DNA of 63,968 nt, filler included, from Gonapodya sp. JEL0774 (GCA_027604505.1; 5 parts of 5 records of this genome joined end to end with filler, not necessarily neighbours in it), one strand, 5' to 3'. Shown: positions 26,647 to 39,832, counted from the whole stretch's first letter. Notes: generated by a model from the letters alone, not told the origin. Numbers and translations are program-made.

Positions 26647-28282
26647 CGCTGGAGAGCCACGGAGCACGCTTGTGCTCCGGAGTGACCCGCACTGGCCGCC
26701 CTCCGATACAGCTCAATAGCTCGCGTGAAATCGCGGGCGAATCCGGGAAATTGGGATCCTCGACGGTATTGCTCAGCAAGTTCAAATGTAGCGAGAGCTG
26801 ATCCTAGTCGCGCAGAGTCCCAGAGACAGTCCAGTGCGCGTAATTCGTTTGCCGGTTGTGATGCGAGACCGAAGCGATGGGCGAGGAAGAGGTTGAAAAG
26901 GTAAGTTGCAGCTTGGCTGAGCTGTGACAGCTTATTGTCGTTTACAGGTGGGCTGGAAGGGGACGGGGCCACTGTCGGCATTGGAGTTGGAGAGTAAGGA
27001 AGCGACTCGAGCTTTCGAGCAGTGTCCGGTTTCAGCACAGAGGACAAGTCAATCCCTCCAACGCCCCTGTTTATCTTCCCTGCCATGTCCGATTCGAGAG
27101 CTTTAAGAAGCCCCATAGCCAGCCGATTTCCCTCGGAGGCAGAAGGCTGCCACCACCGGACCGCATTCACAAGCTCGCCTTGGGCGACGCACCGACGGCC
27201 AAAGTCCACCATAGCATTACTAACGCGATCGAGAATTTGAGCGAAACTCGGTCTCTGAGCAGGATCTGGGTCCGTGCAGGCAAGGACTAACGCTGCGTAT
27301 TCGTCTTGTGGATTGAGGATCAGGGGTGCGACGGGTGGCATAGGAGGGATCGCGCGGGTGGCAATTTCCCAAAGAATGACGCCAAATGAATAAACATCAC
27401 ATTTGTGCGTGAAGGGCGAGCCCTGACGAAGTTCGGGGGCCATCCACAGTGGTGTGCCGACTTGTCCTATAGTCGCAAAGTCAGAGCGAAACTACGCGAA
27501 AATGGGTCCCATACGAGTTTCCATAGCAAGTGGAGACAAACTGATGCAACTCAAATTGAACTGCACAAACCTTCGCCAATCCAACATCGGCAATCTTCAT
27601 GGTCCCTGTCGAATCTAGGAGGAGGTTGTGAGATTTGAGGTCGCGGTGTTGAATGTTCTTGTCGTGGAGGAAGTGCATTCCAGAAGCGAACTGGAGAGTC
27701 CACTTCCAGCGGCTGTTGGGAGACGAGGTGTGAGGTTAAAGGTCCCCAAGCTTGCTACAACAACGGAGCGGCAAATTGATCGCGACGGAACCGAGCACAA
27801 ACATCCCGTGCCAAATCATTGTCTCCGTTGACGAGAGTATTGCTATTTGCCACAGTTTGGGTGAGAAGATAGTCCGGTCTGAGGGAGCGTGATGTCGAGT
27901 TGATCTGTACCAGAAGTGTTCCTCCGATCGTCTATTCCGGAGAGCTACCTCCCAAAATCAAAGACACTCACAGCATTGGAGAGATGGGCTTCGTTGCATC
28001 ATGCAAATAGTCAAACAAGGTCCCTCCGTCCATGAATTCCGTGACAATTCCGAACAAACTACCCTCCGCCAACACACCAACCATGCGGAGGACATATTTG
28101 TGAGAGAATATGAGCAAAATGGCCGCTTCCTTCAGTCCGTCATCAACGTTGGTTCCTTCCATTTTCTTGATCGCAACCCGTTCCCCGCGAAGAAGCCCTT
28201 CATAGACGACGGAGAATGTGCCTTTACCAAGCTGTCGGCCCCATTGTATTTCTGATGGGTTCACTCGTACTGAGATGGACAT
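26647..28282 (-). CDS. TKL-like protein kinase with C-terminal Sel1-like repeats (3' end cut at spacer)
   Basis: [25 protein letters not shown] (in place of DFG), GTPLWMAPE and DVYSFG. Sel1-like segments: [12 protein letters not shown]...[18 protein letters not shown] and [13 protein letters not shown]. Confidence 0.88.
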
Positions 28283-30963
28283 TTCCGATTAAGCGGCGGC
28301 GTTAGGCTGGTCACCAAAGAGATATGATGTAGTGGACCTGGGAGGATGATCGACACGATCGAGTGAAGAATGCGAAGGGGCATCACCAAAATGGAAAGCG
28401 TAGGGTAGTCGAGCGTCCCTAGAGCAAAGACGCGACCTGTAATACGAAATAGGAGTACTTGGCATGAACGAGGGATTGGCTTGTTCGCAGGATGAAACCG
28501 TGTTGTTCTCCCGCCAGATCCAAGGTATTCCCAATGTGCCCCACGTCCACCAGGTCTGGGACAATCCATTGAAGTGTCACCACACCGCATCATCTTCAAA
28601 ATTACAAGAACCATACACGGAGTCTGAATGTGAGGGCCTTGCACGACAAGGTCTTAGGATCAACGGACAGTCACAGATGACACAGGGAAAAATACCGTTG
28701 TTACCATCCCTCGTTACCACCGCGTTACCACTCTCACCTTCACCCAGGAAGCATTTCTTGGTGATGTGAGTTGGCTAAGTGGGTGGTTACCACCCTTTCA
28801 CCCATCCGAAATAATGGTGTGACCAAGTGAGTTACTCGCTCATTTGCATCTAACTCTCCGCTCGCTCGCTCACCCGGTCCCCCAACCCTCTCCTCGCTTG
28901 AATAGTGGGGGGTCCCAGCGACTCGCAACTCGCGAGATCACTCGCACATCCCCAAACCAATATTCAGTGCAATTGTAGCTGTTTTATACCATTTTATTCA
29001 CGTTCTGATTACTGAACATCACTGCATGCTATATTGGTCCATTCTTTCTTCCACCTCTTCAGCAACAATAGGTCTCTAATCATTCCTGTTCCCAGTTTTG
29101 CTCGCCTGTCGCCAATCACGTCCCTCCGAGCCGAAAACAACCGTTCGGAGGCAGGTGTGAAGCGCGAGTGATGCAGATGAACGGAAAACTAAAATGGAGA
29201 ACGAAAAACTCACGTATCGTGCCCGGCACCTTCGATTCTCTGTTCGTTTCCCGTACGTGGGATGCCAACCCACCGGAACTCCTCTCATTCATTCTTCTCC
29301 CGCGTTCCATTTTCGCAGGACCGTCCAAAGCTCATATTCTTCGTCACTACTGACGCGAATCTACCTTTTGGCGGACATGATTTGAATTCGACCGTCGTGT
29401 CAGGGCATCATCATTTGCTTGAGCGACGGCTCGAGCGCGGTGACACCGCACTCACCTTCCGCTTTCCACCGTACCGTGTTGAGCACCGCCTTCACCACCT
29501 CCTCGGCTTAATAGCCACCAGACCACATGTGGTGAAGTGACGTTCGGTCGAGGGGTGAGTTGGTCGAGCATGCGCATGCGAGGGGGAGATGAGGAAGGGA
29601 GTGTTAGGGATGGGAAGACGTATCGTGCAGCTTGGGTGAAAAGAACGAACGCGAAATTGAAACTAACGTTCACGCTCGGCGGAGCCACTGCAGCGGAGTT
29701 GGTTTGGAGACATGTTGGTGGTTGAAAAGCGTGGAAAGTGGGAATGGTGTGAGTGCGCTGAGGGGCCTGAAATGGGGCAGAAGGCAGATTTTAAGAAAAC
29801 GTGTGTGAACCAGGGAGTGCAAATTGGAGGACTTACCAAGTGGAGTGACTGTGTTTTCGTGATAAGGTTGGGACAGGCAACGTTCAAGTTGGTGAACCAG
29901 CGGGGATGAATGACGGGAGGAAACCAAAGGCGTACAAAATAGAGAAACACCTAAGTGAACTGTAGAGTACGATATGCGGGGTCATACAACGAGGGAAGAA
30001 GACTCACTTCTGTTTGCAACTGCTCACTCACCGATGGGGGTCAGACGCCATAGTTCCACACGACCATCCGTGTCATGCAATCCATCGACCTCACACCAAC
30101 GCTCATCGTGATGGGATTGGCGTGGCTCCCGCCCGTCTTTCCAGCGTAGTTGGCTTCGTTCGGGTGGAAGGACAAAGCTGTCCATGATCACGAAGATCAT
30201 ACATACAAATCGGGAAACGAAAGCGCAAAAATGACACAGCTTACTTGCCATCTGCGATTCCACAGCTACGAGCTCACCTTTCCTCGTTCTCGCGTTTCAT
30301 CCGCATTCGTCAATCCTCCCCTGTCCCGAATGATCGTCATGATCAACGGCACTCGCAACTTTCCATCCATCCCGTCACCGTTCAACATCCACATTTTGCA
30401 GACCGGGTAATCCCGGGTAATCGCTCTTTTCATTCGCTGCAGTACTGTTTGGACTGGTGGTACGGATCAGTGATGTGTAGCGCGGAAGCAGTTTGGGATG
30501 GGAAGACGCGAGTGTGGAGTGGTCGAGGGAACACCAGGCAGAGAGATTTTGTGAGAGTAATTGGGGATAGGCGGAAAGAATTAATTAGGTCGATGTGGTG
30601 AGGGAGGCGGAGTCGGCGAACACCAAACAACACAACACGATTTCGCAGAACGTTTCCTCTCGTCGGCTCCGAAAGAACGAAAAGAGCCCTGACGGGACAA
30701 AGATTTTTACAGCTTACTCAATTATTTACCGCAAATAGATACTACAAAAAAAAGACTCTCTCGAACTTTAGCAAGCCGCCGCTAAGCACAAACGTGGACC
30801 TAAAACAAAGAACGAAACAAAAAAACCCTCTTTTCAAACCTGCTATATCCCAAATCAACACCAGCTATCCCAGTGTCCCACTTTTCACCTTCCCTACCCC
30901 GCTCCTTCACCCCCACCCCCTCCAAGCTCCTCTGTCTCCGTCCCCATCCTCTCACTCTCACTC

Positions 30964-31290
30964 CTAGTTCCCGCGCCGGCAGCCCCTCCGCCAAATCTCC
31001 GCATTGCCCACCTCCTCCCACACTATAGCAAGTAACCCTCGACTCCACACCCCGCGCAGGCCACGTGCCTGAATGCGGTGGCGACGGTGCGGTGGGGAAC
31101 GTCGAACGTCCTCATGCACATGCAGAATCGCCAATGCCAACGCCGATTCGCCCTCCGCAGTGTCCGTTTTCGTCTCCGATCCGATCTTGCAGCTCAATGT
31201 GACTTGCTTCCTCGCGTTCGGGTTCGCTCCTTCCGCTAGAAGCTGCCAGACCCGCTGCGCCTGGCCGTTTTCCACGACTTCAATCAGTCT
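30964..31290 (-). pseudogene. Ankyrin-repeat gene fragment
   Basis: LIEVVENGQAQRVWQLLAEGANPNARK...GESALALAILH is ankyrin-like. The frame then degrades into low-complexity sequence and no clear start is visible. Confidence 0.5.
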
Positions 31291-32494
31291 ACATTGTATT
31301 GCTACATAATATATAAGTGCCCGCTATTCCTGCTCCCGGGGTTGGTGCCACTCCAAACGCACTTTGTGTTTCGTTCCCGTTTGCCCCGCCTCCAACACGC
31401 TCTATCCACCGCGGACTCCACAACGAAGGAGTCACCAACTTCCGTCTTTAGCAGCCTCTCACCCTCGCCCCAACACCCCACCCCCCCTCGGCCCCTCCAT
31501 TATCGACCCCTCACACCATCCCTCGTGCCCTCCCTCGCGGCCATCCCTCACACCCCTCCTGACATCGCCCCCCGCACCCCCCATCCGCCCCATTCTCGGC
31601 GCCCCATCGGCCCCCCGCCCATCCAGTCTCCGACGACCCGCTCTCCTAATCTCATCCCCCTCACTCCCACCCTACCTTGCAACTCACCTGCATCTCCGGC
31701 CAATGTTCCATATGTCTGACTTTCCATGCTTGTCACAATCCCGTCCCTCTCCAGCTCAAACGCACTTAACTCTGTTGCCGGTTCCCGCGCTCCTTGACCG
31801 TTTCTTGGCACAACCATCAGTAACTGAACACCCATGATGGGGCCTACATTTGCGCCAGACATCAATCACGGTGTCACTCGTCCCTGAGCTCCCTGTCCCA
31901 AATGTCCCTTGCAGGTTTCCTTATGCTGTTCTCCGTTCTGAACTGCATCTGCACTCCGACAGCCGCTCCCATCCAGTTTTGTCCTTGTCTGCGATGCAAT
32001 GTCTGTGTTCTAATGTCTTGCGTATCGGCCACGTTGTTTCGTCCAAGGGGAGAGCGCGTCTGCCTGCCTTTGAACACCTGAAGAGTCGGAATCAACACCA
32101 CGCTCAGCTCCACCTTGTTATCCCCACATTTCTCAAACAATCACAGAGTTCCGTTTTCTGGCTCCACTTCTCCTTCTGCGTCCCATTTCCAGGTTTCCTC
32201 CGTTCACGGTGCAAATGGGTGGAGTTGAACGAACGGTACCGGCAGCAACAACGTTTAGACAGTGGGCGTGACGGCGACCTGCAGGAAAGGTGGTGGCTGA
32301 ATGAGGGGAACACCCACGGGCCACGGGGAGGGGTCGTAGATATCGCGTTTTCTGCACCCCCCTTACAGTCGCACATTGCGATTCTTATCGGTTGAACTAC
32401 ATTGTATTTCAAAGCAATCTATCTATCCATGGCAGAAATGCCGACGAACTTGTCAATTCTCCTCATCTCCTCCATGAAAGCTCGAGTTCCCTCA

Positions 32495-35400
32495 CTATCT
32501 GGAAGTGTACCTCACCGCCGCGATTGGAAACACTGCACTGGTCATGTACACAACGGTTTCTGAAAAGGTTAATTTGCTTTTGCTATTCGGTGCCTCCTTC
32601 TTTGTGACGCCATACACCGAGTCTTTACCATTCGGTGGCTGCAGTACGAAAATTTGAGGCGTAAGTTGTTGGGGCTCACAACCAAACCCGTGATATGGAA
32701 AACTTACCATTGACAGATTAGGCATATCCTGTTCAGCTCTATATGATTCACCCTGCCAGTAAATATGTCAGCATGCTGGGTGATGGCTACATAAATACAC
32801 GATTCAAACTCACAACCACAACCAAACAAAGAATCAGGGCATGGTCGCCCGCTTGGCTGGTATAGTTATGGGCATTAGATGAATCCTCGGCGGTGTAGAT
32901 ACCCATTCCGAATCTGAACGGGCAAGATTGTGGTCTCGTTCACTTGTGTGAACCACCACCAATACGGGTGATCAACTCACCTTCCCCACTTGATAGTGGT
33001 GGTGGGGACCGCCATAGAGAACCCGTTGCGGAGGATCCCACATGTCCGACATTCCTCATCTTTGATACAGGCAGGGATGCTACGTCCCACGGAGAGATCG
33101 GAAATCTTATAAAGTGCAGGATAGGGCTTTTGAACGAATGAGGGAAACTTCGCTGAATATCAAGCTCACACTGCAAGCTGCCGTGGTTCCATGCCATAAA
33201 AACTTCATCGCAGGCCACCTTTTCATGCGATTTTTGTTTGCAAGTGACTTTGCGTATTCCATTGTTTTGTCAAAGCGAGCGCGTCCAAGAGGTAGGGGGT
33301 TGAACAACATCCCACGGATGGTGAGATCTTCGAAGTTAGGTGCATTGTGCGTGTTATTCACCCATTTAGATTTGAGGTGGTCGAGGGCAAACGGAAGAAC
33401 ATAGGACCACGGGTTTACAATTTCCTCTCGTGATAAGACACAGTGCGCCCACAAGTCCGCTACGTCGAGAAGACTGGAGACTCCGGGAGGGGGTTCGAAC
33501 GCGAGAGAGGAACTCATCCAAACTCCGCGGGCATTTGATGTAGCGATTGTAAGAGGAAACGAGATGTCGTAGTTTCCAGGGAATTTCAATCGAGGAATGA
33601 GTGCTTCAAAAACAGCATCGTGTCCTCTGCTTCCGGATGATGAAGATGGGAGTCGCGCAAGAGGAGCAGAGAGAGCAACCCCCGAGTCAAGTTTCGAGAG
33701 TAGCTCAGGCCTGAGCGGTGGTTGCGTCGCTGGAAGTCGAGGCAAGTGCTTCTGGAGGTGCTCTACCGCAGCAGTAAAAGGTGGGCGGTTTTCAGGCGTC
33801 GCATCCCAGCATCGTTTCAGTAAATCTTTCATGTAATCAGGCATCAGCGGGATGGGGCGAACAGGTCTTTTTATGTCTGCAAAGCGGTCAATGTCAGGTC
33901 GCTCCCCGTCCTTGACTTTGTCCCCGAGTACATCTTCGTCGACATCTGGAAGTGGAATATCGAGGGTCCAGATCTCACAGCACGTCATTGCAAATGCGTA
34001 AACGTCAGTGCTCTTGCTGTTCTTTCCACCTTTCTGGAACAGCTCAGGCGCCTTCCACCGCTTAGTTCCCACATTGCCAGAGCTTCCTCCCAGACTTTGT
34101 GAACGCACGACATTGGACACTTTGGCAAACCCAAAGTCCGCAACGATACCTGTGCCCTGAGCATCGACTAGGACGTTATTCCCCTTGAGGTCACGGTGTA
34201 TAATGTCAAGACTGTGGAGGTATTCCATCCCTTTGGCAATGTCCAGTATCAGCATTGTCTTTTCGTACACCGAACCACCGTCGGGCTTTGCACCCAGATA
34301 CTTGATCACATGGCCGTGTTCCATAAACGGAGAAACCATGAATGGTTGCGGACAGGTAAGATTGGCGCCATAGAGGGGAAGGATGTTGGGATGGCGCAGG
34401 ATCCACCATACTTCGATCTCGTACTGAGCAGCTTTGATGGAGTTTTCGTTGAGCTCCTTGATACGGACACGCTTTACAGCGACAGTTGTGCCACCACGCC
34501 AGAGTCCGCGGAATACATCCCCATATGTTCCACCTCCAACCCACAGCTCGTTCTCTCTCCCCTCCTTCATGACTTTGGCAACAACTATATGACGCTCTTC
34601 GATGTACCAGTCCATACGGGTGGCCGGGTTGTCCGACCGCCTTTTGCATTCCTTCTGTACCTGAGTGAGAATCTGCTTTTCGCCTGGCGGGACATTGATG
34701 TCCTCCAAGCGGGTCTGGACAGCAAGTATCAACTGCAACAACTCTTTCTGGCTGCACTGCATGCGCTCAAGGCTCTCTGCAACATGACGTAGGCTCTCGT
34801 CGATGGCTCTCTGCGCGGTGCGTGCGTCTTCCTCGTTCTCGGCAGCCCACTTTTGGACATTCAGAATTGTTGCAAATTGAAAGTCGGAACACAGCTGCTC
34901 GAGCCTGGCGTCCAAATCGAGTATATCCTTCTTGATGGTAGCGTGGGAGATGACCTTGAGCTGGTTGCTCTTGCAACCAACACCTTGGAGGAAATTGGCT
35001 GTTTCGGTGAGAAAAGTCCGGAGTTGTTTCTCGTAAATACCAAGCGTGCCATGGAACCCTCTCTCCTGCTGCGCCCTCTCCTGTAGAGTACGGACAACGA
35101 GTGCGCAGCGATGAGCGAGGCGGTCTGCAAGTTCCTTGTTTTCCTTGAACCCTGCAGCCGAGTTAACAATTCCCCGGAGGTCGCTGTAGGCAGCTTCCAG
35201 ACCGGGAGCAGGCAAAGCATCCAAAATGGGTTCAATAGCCTCCAGGAGACTCTGGACCGATCCCGCTGAAGTGCCTTCGACTCTGCCTCTGAGAACGTTT
35301 GACCGTGCTTGCCTGTTTGCACAATACCCGCACATTCATAACAAGAAAGAGGTCAGAGCTACGGACACTAACCGCACGGAGCCTTGAGTGGTTCAGCTTG

Positions 35401-35550
35401 CCTTGAGTTGTTGTAAAAGGATGGTCCAACCTGAGCGCGTGCATTACCGCCAATGTACTGGGACCCTATTGAGTAGGTGATATTCACTGTTTGCGGAGGT
35501 AGCGACGGACTCGGAAAGTGTGGTTCAGCAGCAGCAGCGGTGGCGGACAT
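32495..35550 (-). CDS. Spliced multidomain protein: MLKL/4HB-like helical N-domain + TKL-like kinase + PARP-like ADP-ribosyltransferase domain
   Basis: Kinase motifs are intact (GGGTYGDV, VAVK, HRDLKGNN, DFG, APE). Joining downstream exons gives FLWHGTTAACS|ISD...CIKDEECRTCGILRNGF...KWGR|FGMGIYTAEDSSNAHNY...LILCLVVV|GESYRAEQDMPNLSM|PPNGKDSVYG...LTFSETVVY..AVFP..VRY, a PARP catalytic signature. N-terminal helical region: KENKELADRLAHRC...IKKDILDLDARL. Confidence 0.85.
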
Positions 35551-36161
35551 CGCCGTCTCCAAGAAGGAAAGGGATTTGGAGTAGGGGGTGTGGTTGCGAG
35601 TCCCTGACGGGCACGGGGCCCTAGAAGACCGTCTGGTAAAGAATTCAAAAGGGACAGTCACATCAACATCGCAGCCGAGCAGACAGAGGAGTGGGATGGA
35701 CACAAACAAGGCCCAACAGTTTCTCCCGTTTGCAGTCCTCGGAAAGGGTCACGGGATTGAACATGCTTACAGCGCACCAGGCCCAAAACCGACAATCCAC
35801 ACAAAACCTCCTACCAACCTCAGTTAAATGAATATGGAAACAACGCGGGAAACGCTCGCGTGTGTAGGAGAAAGGAGGGGAGCGCGGGGAGTGTAGAGAG
35901 TGTCCAAAAGAGTGCGAGGGAGTTGCGAACCTTTGAGGGATCGACCTCAGAAGTGTCGGATAATTGTTTCCTCGGTATTTCCCATTGGGTGGTAACTTGT
36001 CTCCTGCTGGGTGTTTCCCGCTTGGGCCACAGAGGTGAATTGTTTCCCGCACGAAGTTATCGATAATCCACCAAACCACACCCCGCCACCTCCACCATTC
36101 TACCGATATTCGGCATCAAATTTTTCATCATCAAAGCGATCTCCCGACTCGCCGACTGGAA

Positions 36162-37708
36162 ATGCCACCTGCCCGTGATCTTCTTCGCCCAAACCGCAAC
36201 TCAGTCCCATCCCATGTCGCCGCTGCCAGCGGAGCCCTTCGCGAGACCACGGAGGAAATGAGGACGAGGTCGAAATCGACGTGTACTAGGAACAATTACT
36301 CTGGGTGAGCTGACGATGCGCCTTTCCATCGGAAACCATGTTGAACACCAGTCGCCGTTGCGAACACTGTGTCGACGACACCTCGAATCGAATCCTCTCG
36401 ATTCCTGCGGATCTCGCATACGTCCCAGCTATCAGTCGCGATTCCTGAAGCACTGGGCGAGCTTGAAGCCCGAGTATGCGGCTATGGCTGAGCTTGACGT
36501 GAAGAAACTCACACCTGCAATCATCATCCCCCATGTCACGGCGGACATTCCGCATGTAATTGCTGACTTCATGACGTGGTTATGCTCTCCCGAGTTCCAA
36601 GGAAACCTGGTGAGCTGCCTGAGCCTTTCAGCAACGTGCCGAGACACCGCGAGACCTTTGACTCTCCGATGCAGCCCCCAACGGCGCACTCAGCTCGTTC
36701 CGCAATCTCCGCGCTGTTTCAGGGACTGGGTGATCGGTGGAAAGGAGAGTGGAACGGAGACGAAGTACGCGGAAATCCAACCTTGAGCGATACAGTTCGG
36801 GAGGCAGAAAAGGTGAGTGGCACACTAATACAAGAACTGGTTGAGACAGACTGCCGTCACACATTTATGCCATTCAGGGAATCAACACCATGTGGTCCGA
36901 GGAAGGCTACTGCCCACGTCAAGTTCAGGATGTCACATATCGGCACATTGTATTGCTTGTGGAGCTGTTACGATTGAATGCCTCGCTGGAGATTCTTCAG
37001 ATTGTGGTGAGTTTCAAAAGGATTCAAGACAGCAATGCTTTTATTTATCTCCCTTCCAAAGGTTTTCATTGTCATAGCCTTTTCGCTGCTGCTTCGATGC
37101 CGAGAGGCACTTACCCTCACCATTGAGCAGTTTGAGCGGAAGCCAGGTACCAACTACTACAGTGCCACTCTGAAGCGCCGCAAGAATGTCTGGGGAAGGT
37201 CGTCGGTCTTCAAAATCCTCTCGGGCAACGACCCGAAGGCCTTCTGCGTCCGACTACTCGTGTCAACCTATCTCGACCAACTTCGTGCCGTAGGTATCAC
37301 TTCTGGTCCCATGTTCCCGCGTATCAATGGAAACACAGTACAAAGAGGATCTGAGCAGGTGAGTGTTTTGTCTCGTCTATGAGTCGAAGTCAGCATTTCC
37401 CTGAGTCACCTTGAATTCCACCTTCCTCCCTAATGCCTCCTCCCACATAGGAATATGATGAAATTCTGGACCGAATTAGACTCGCTCTACAAGCCATTGG
37501 AGAACCACATGTGGCCCTCTTTGGGTCTCACTCCATGCGTCGCGGGGGGGTCAAGTACTTGATCAATCTCGGTGTGGATCTCAGCTACATTGCAGACCTT
37601 GGCGACTGGGGCACGGGAAGCCCAGCATTCCTGCGGTACATTGTCACCAACTGCAACCTTGCCGAGCAAAGAGCAGGTCGGGAAACAATGGCAAAGGTCC
37701 GTTCATAG
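36162..37708 (+). CDS. Intron-containing tyrosine recombinase (Crypton-like)
   Basis: Catalytic residues appear in order: LLLRCRE (R), LKRRK (K), FGSHSMRRGG (HxxR), LGDW (W) and FLRY (Y). Upstream SAISALF...GNPTLS. About 6 exons with gtgag donors. No RT/RNase H nearby. Confidence 0.85.
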
Positions 37709-38087
37709 GCAATTACTACTTGAACTTAACGTGGAGCTTTTATCACAACTAAATTGTAATGCGAGTGATACACATGCTACGTTAATGCTGCTACCAAAAT
37801 ACTACGTGAATAATAAATCAAAACCTGCGCAAAGTGACTGCGAGCTACACATAGAACCGGACCAAAATCGAAATATCACTCTTCGTTCCCTCTCACAGTA
37901 TTCACTCTTCTGCAGCGGACACATAATCGTCTTGTTCAGCTTGGGGAGTACATGGTGCATTTACTGAGGGGTGAGAATTACAGGCCATTGTGATGTTGTG
38001 GACCTGGGGAGGTGTAGGAGAAGAAGTAAATGGAAGAAGAGAAGCCTGGGGTGCCGGGATAGACAGTGGCTTGGAACATGAGAGTGC

Positions 38088-39300
38088 TCAGAATGCGCCA
38101 AAATAAAGTGCCAATGGGACTGAAGAATGACTCACAGTGCTCTTTGGAAAGATTTTGTTGACGGCCTCGTACAACTTGTTCCAGTTTGTGTACTTGCTGC
38201 CACCAAAGGTGAGCTCGTACTCGTCAACCCGTCCGGCTCTTAGGTAGAGATCATAGACAAGGGCAACCCGCTGGAAACAATGGCACATTGGGGATTTCAG
38301 CAATCAAACACAACAGCAAACCAAAGCAACCAACCCGAAGTTTGCAGAGTTTTGACTTCATTGTCTTCCTATATGGGTTTGCATTCTCCCATTCTCGCAC
38401 TGGAGGTATACCAAACTTTCCACGAAAGTAAAGGTTGTGAGCATCCAGACCACTGTTTGGCGCAGAGAAACTGTAAAGTGCGCGGGGTAGCTTTGAGGAA
38501 TGGGGAGTTTCATTGCTCGAAGAGAACATCGTTGGTGGAATTATCAGTTGCGCAACTGGGTGTGCGGTGGGTGGCTCAGAATTTATGTCCGGTATGGTAG
38601 AAGATGTGCTCCGAGATCCCAAGGTAGCAAACGACAAGTTAGTGGGTGTGGATTGACTTTGAAATGGTGGTGGGAATGATGCCAATTAGCCAGTGCCCTG
38701 TCGGTGGTGCGTCATGAAGTGTTCAAGTGGCAGAATAAAGCGTTGCAACAAAGCAGTAAGCTCTGGTGTTGCCTCGTGTCTCACAATTGTGGTTGTTGAA
38801 CTCGGTGGCTGATGATAGAGTGTTGGAGTGGAGGTTGTTGGTGCAAAAGGTTGTCGAGTTGGAACTGCTGGAGGTGCAGCTGGTGGCTGGCCCGCTCCCA
38901 AAAGCTGAGGAGGAAGAGACAAACCAATTGTATCATTCCACTGGGGAATAAACGCGGCTGATGGAGGCACGGAAGGTGGTAGAGGAGTGGGTACGGAGGG
39001 AAGACCCAGAACGGGGTTGAACTGCCAAAACTCTGGGACCACGGTGCTTGAGCACGTATCACTGAGAGGAATCAGATTCAGGCAACTCACCAGGGCTCAC
39101 AAATGATTGCTCGCCTGGAGTTCCTGTGGATGTGCTGAATGACATCCCCGAGGACACCCCAAGCAAAGGGTCAGGCCCTCCATTCAGCCCCCATTCCATA
39201 TCACTCTCAAAGTCCCCAGGCAGATCCACAGTTGTGCTTGATGAATTCGGCGCCGGAACGGTGGTCTCGGGCGTGGCTTCGCGTCGGTGAGTGTTGAATG
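38088..39300 (-). pseudogene. Pro-rich protein with a possible GCR1_C-like C-terminal domain; in-frame TAA at 38686-38688
   Basis: ORFs 38686-39090 and 38251-38685 are contiguous in one frame, separated by a single stop. YSFSAPNSGLDAHNLYFRGKFGIPPVREWE...KLCKLR|RVALVY loosely resembles GCR1_C. Ends are approximate. Confidence 0.45.
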
Positions 39301-39832
39301 GTTGCTGAATGACGCGGTTCAGCGTTTCAACAGGTAGCTACTGGGCAAGGTGCTTCAAAGTCGAATCAGAAGCGTAGGTAGCTGGATAGTACCCGAATCG
39401 ACAATTCTCCGCAACATCGGCGTCCACCGCTGTCCAAAAGAGGTTGGGTGTAGCGTGAGAAGGTGGACAGGGCTATGGTTGTGCCGCTCCGCGGCGCGCC
39501 AGCTCCTCCGGGCCCATCGCCACCATGAAAGTAGAGAGCGATCCAGAATATGATTCATTGCGCTGATCCTTGGAACGCGCAGTGGATTGCTCAGCACGAA
39601 GACATGGTGCCGCAGCGCTTGAAGTTCCATCGGAGCGGCGGTGGTGGGGACGAGCTTGCGCAGACATGTTAGACGACCTAGACGGCAAAAAATGTCCCGA
39701 TGAAGGATCGATCCACGTGAGGACAAGGATGGATGCGGGGAGGTGAGGGAAACCGAGGACGAAGTTTCGCTGAGCGAAAGCGAAGCGGGGCTTCATTCTT
39801 TTGATTTTAAGAAGTGAAGGGGGTCATGCGAG

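Noticed and set aside
28690..28795. Clustered GTTACCA motifs upstream of the kinase-Sel1 gene
   Set aside because: Four short copies could be a TF site, but there is no independent support.
29260..30420. Possible gene remnants
   Set aside because: Short frames interrupted by stops, with no identifiable family.
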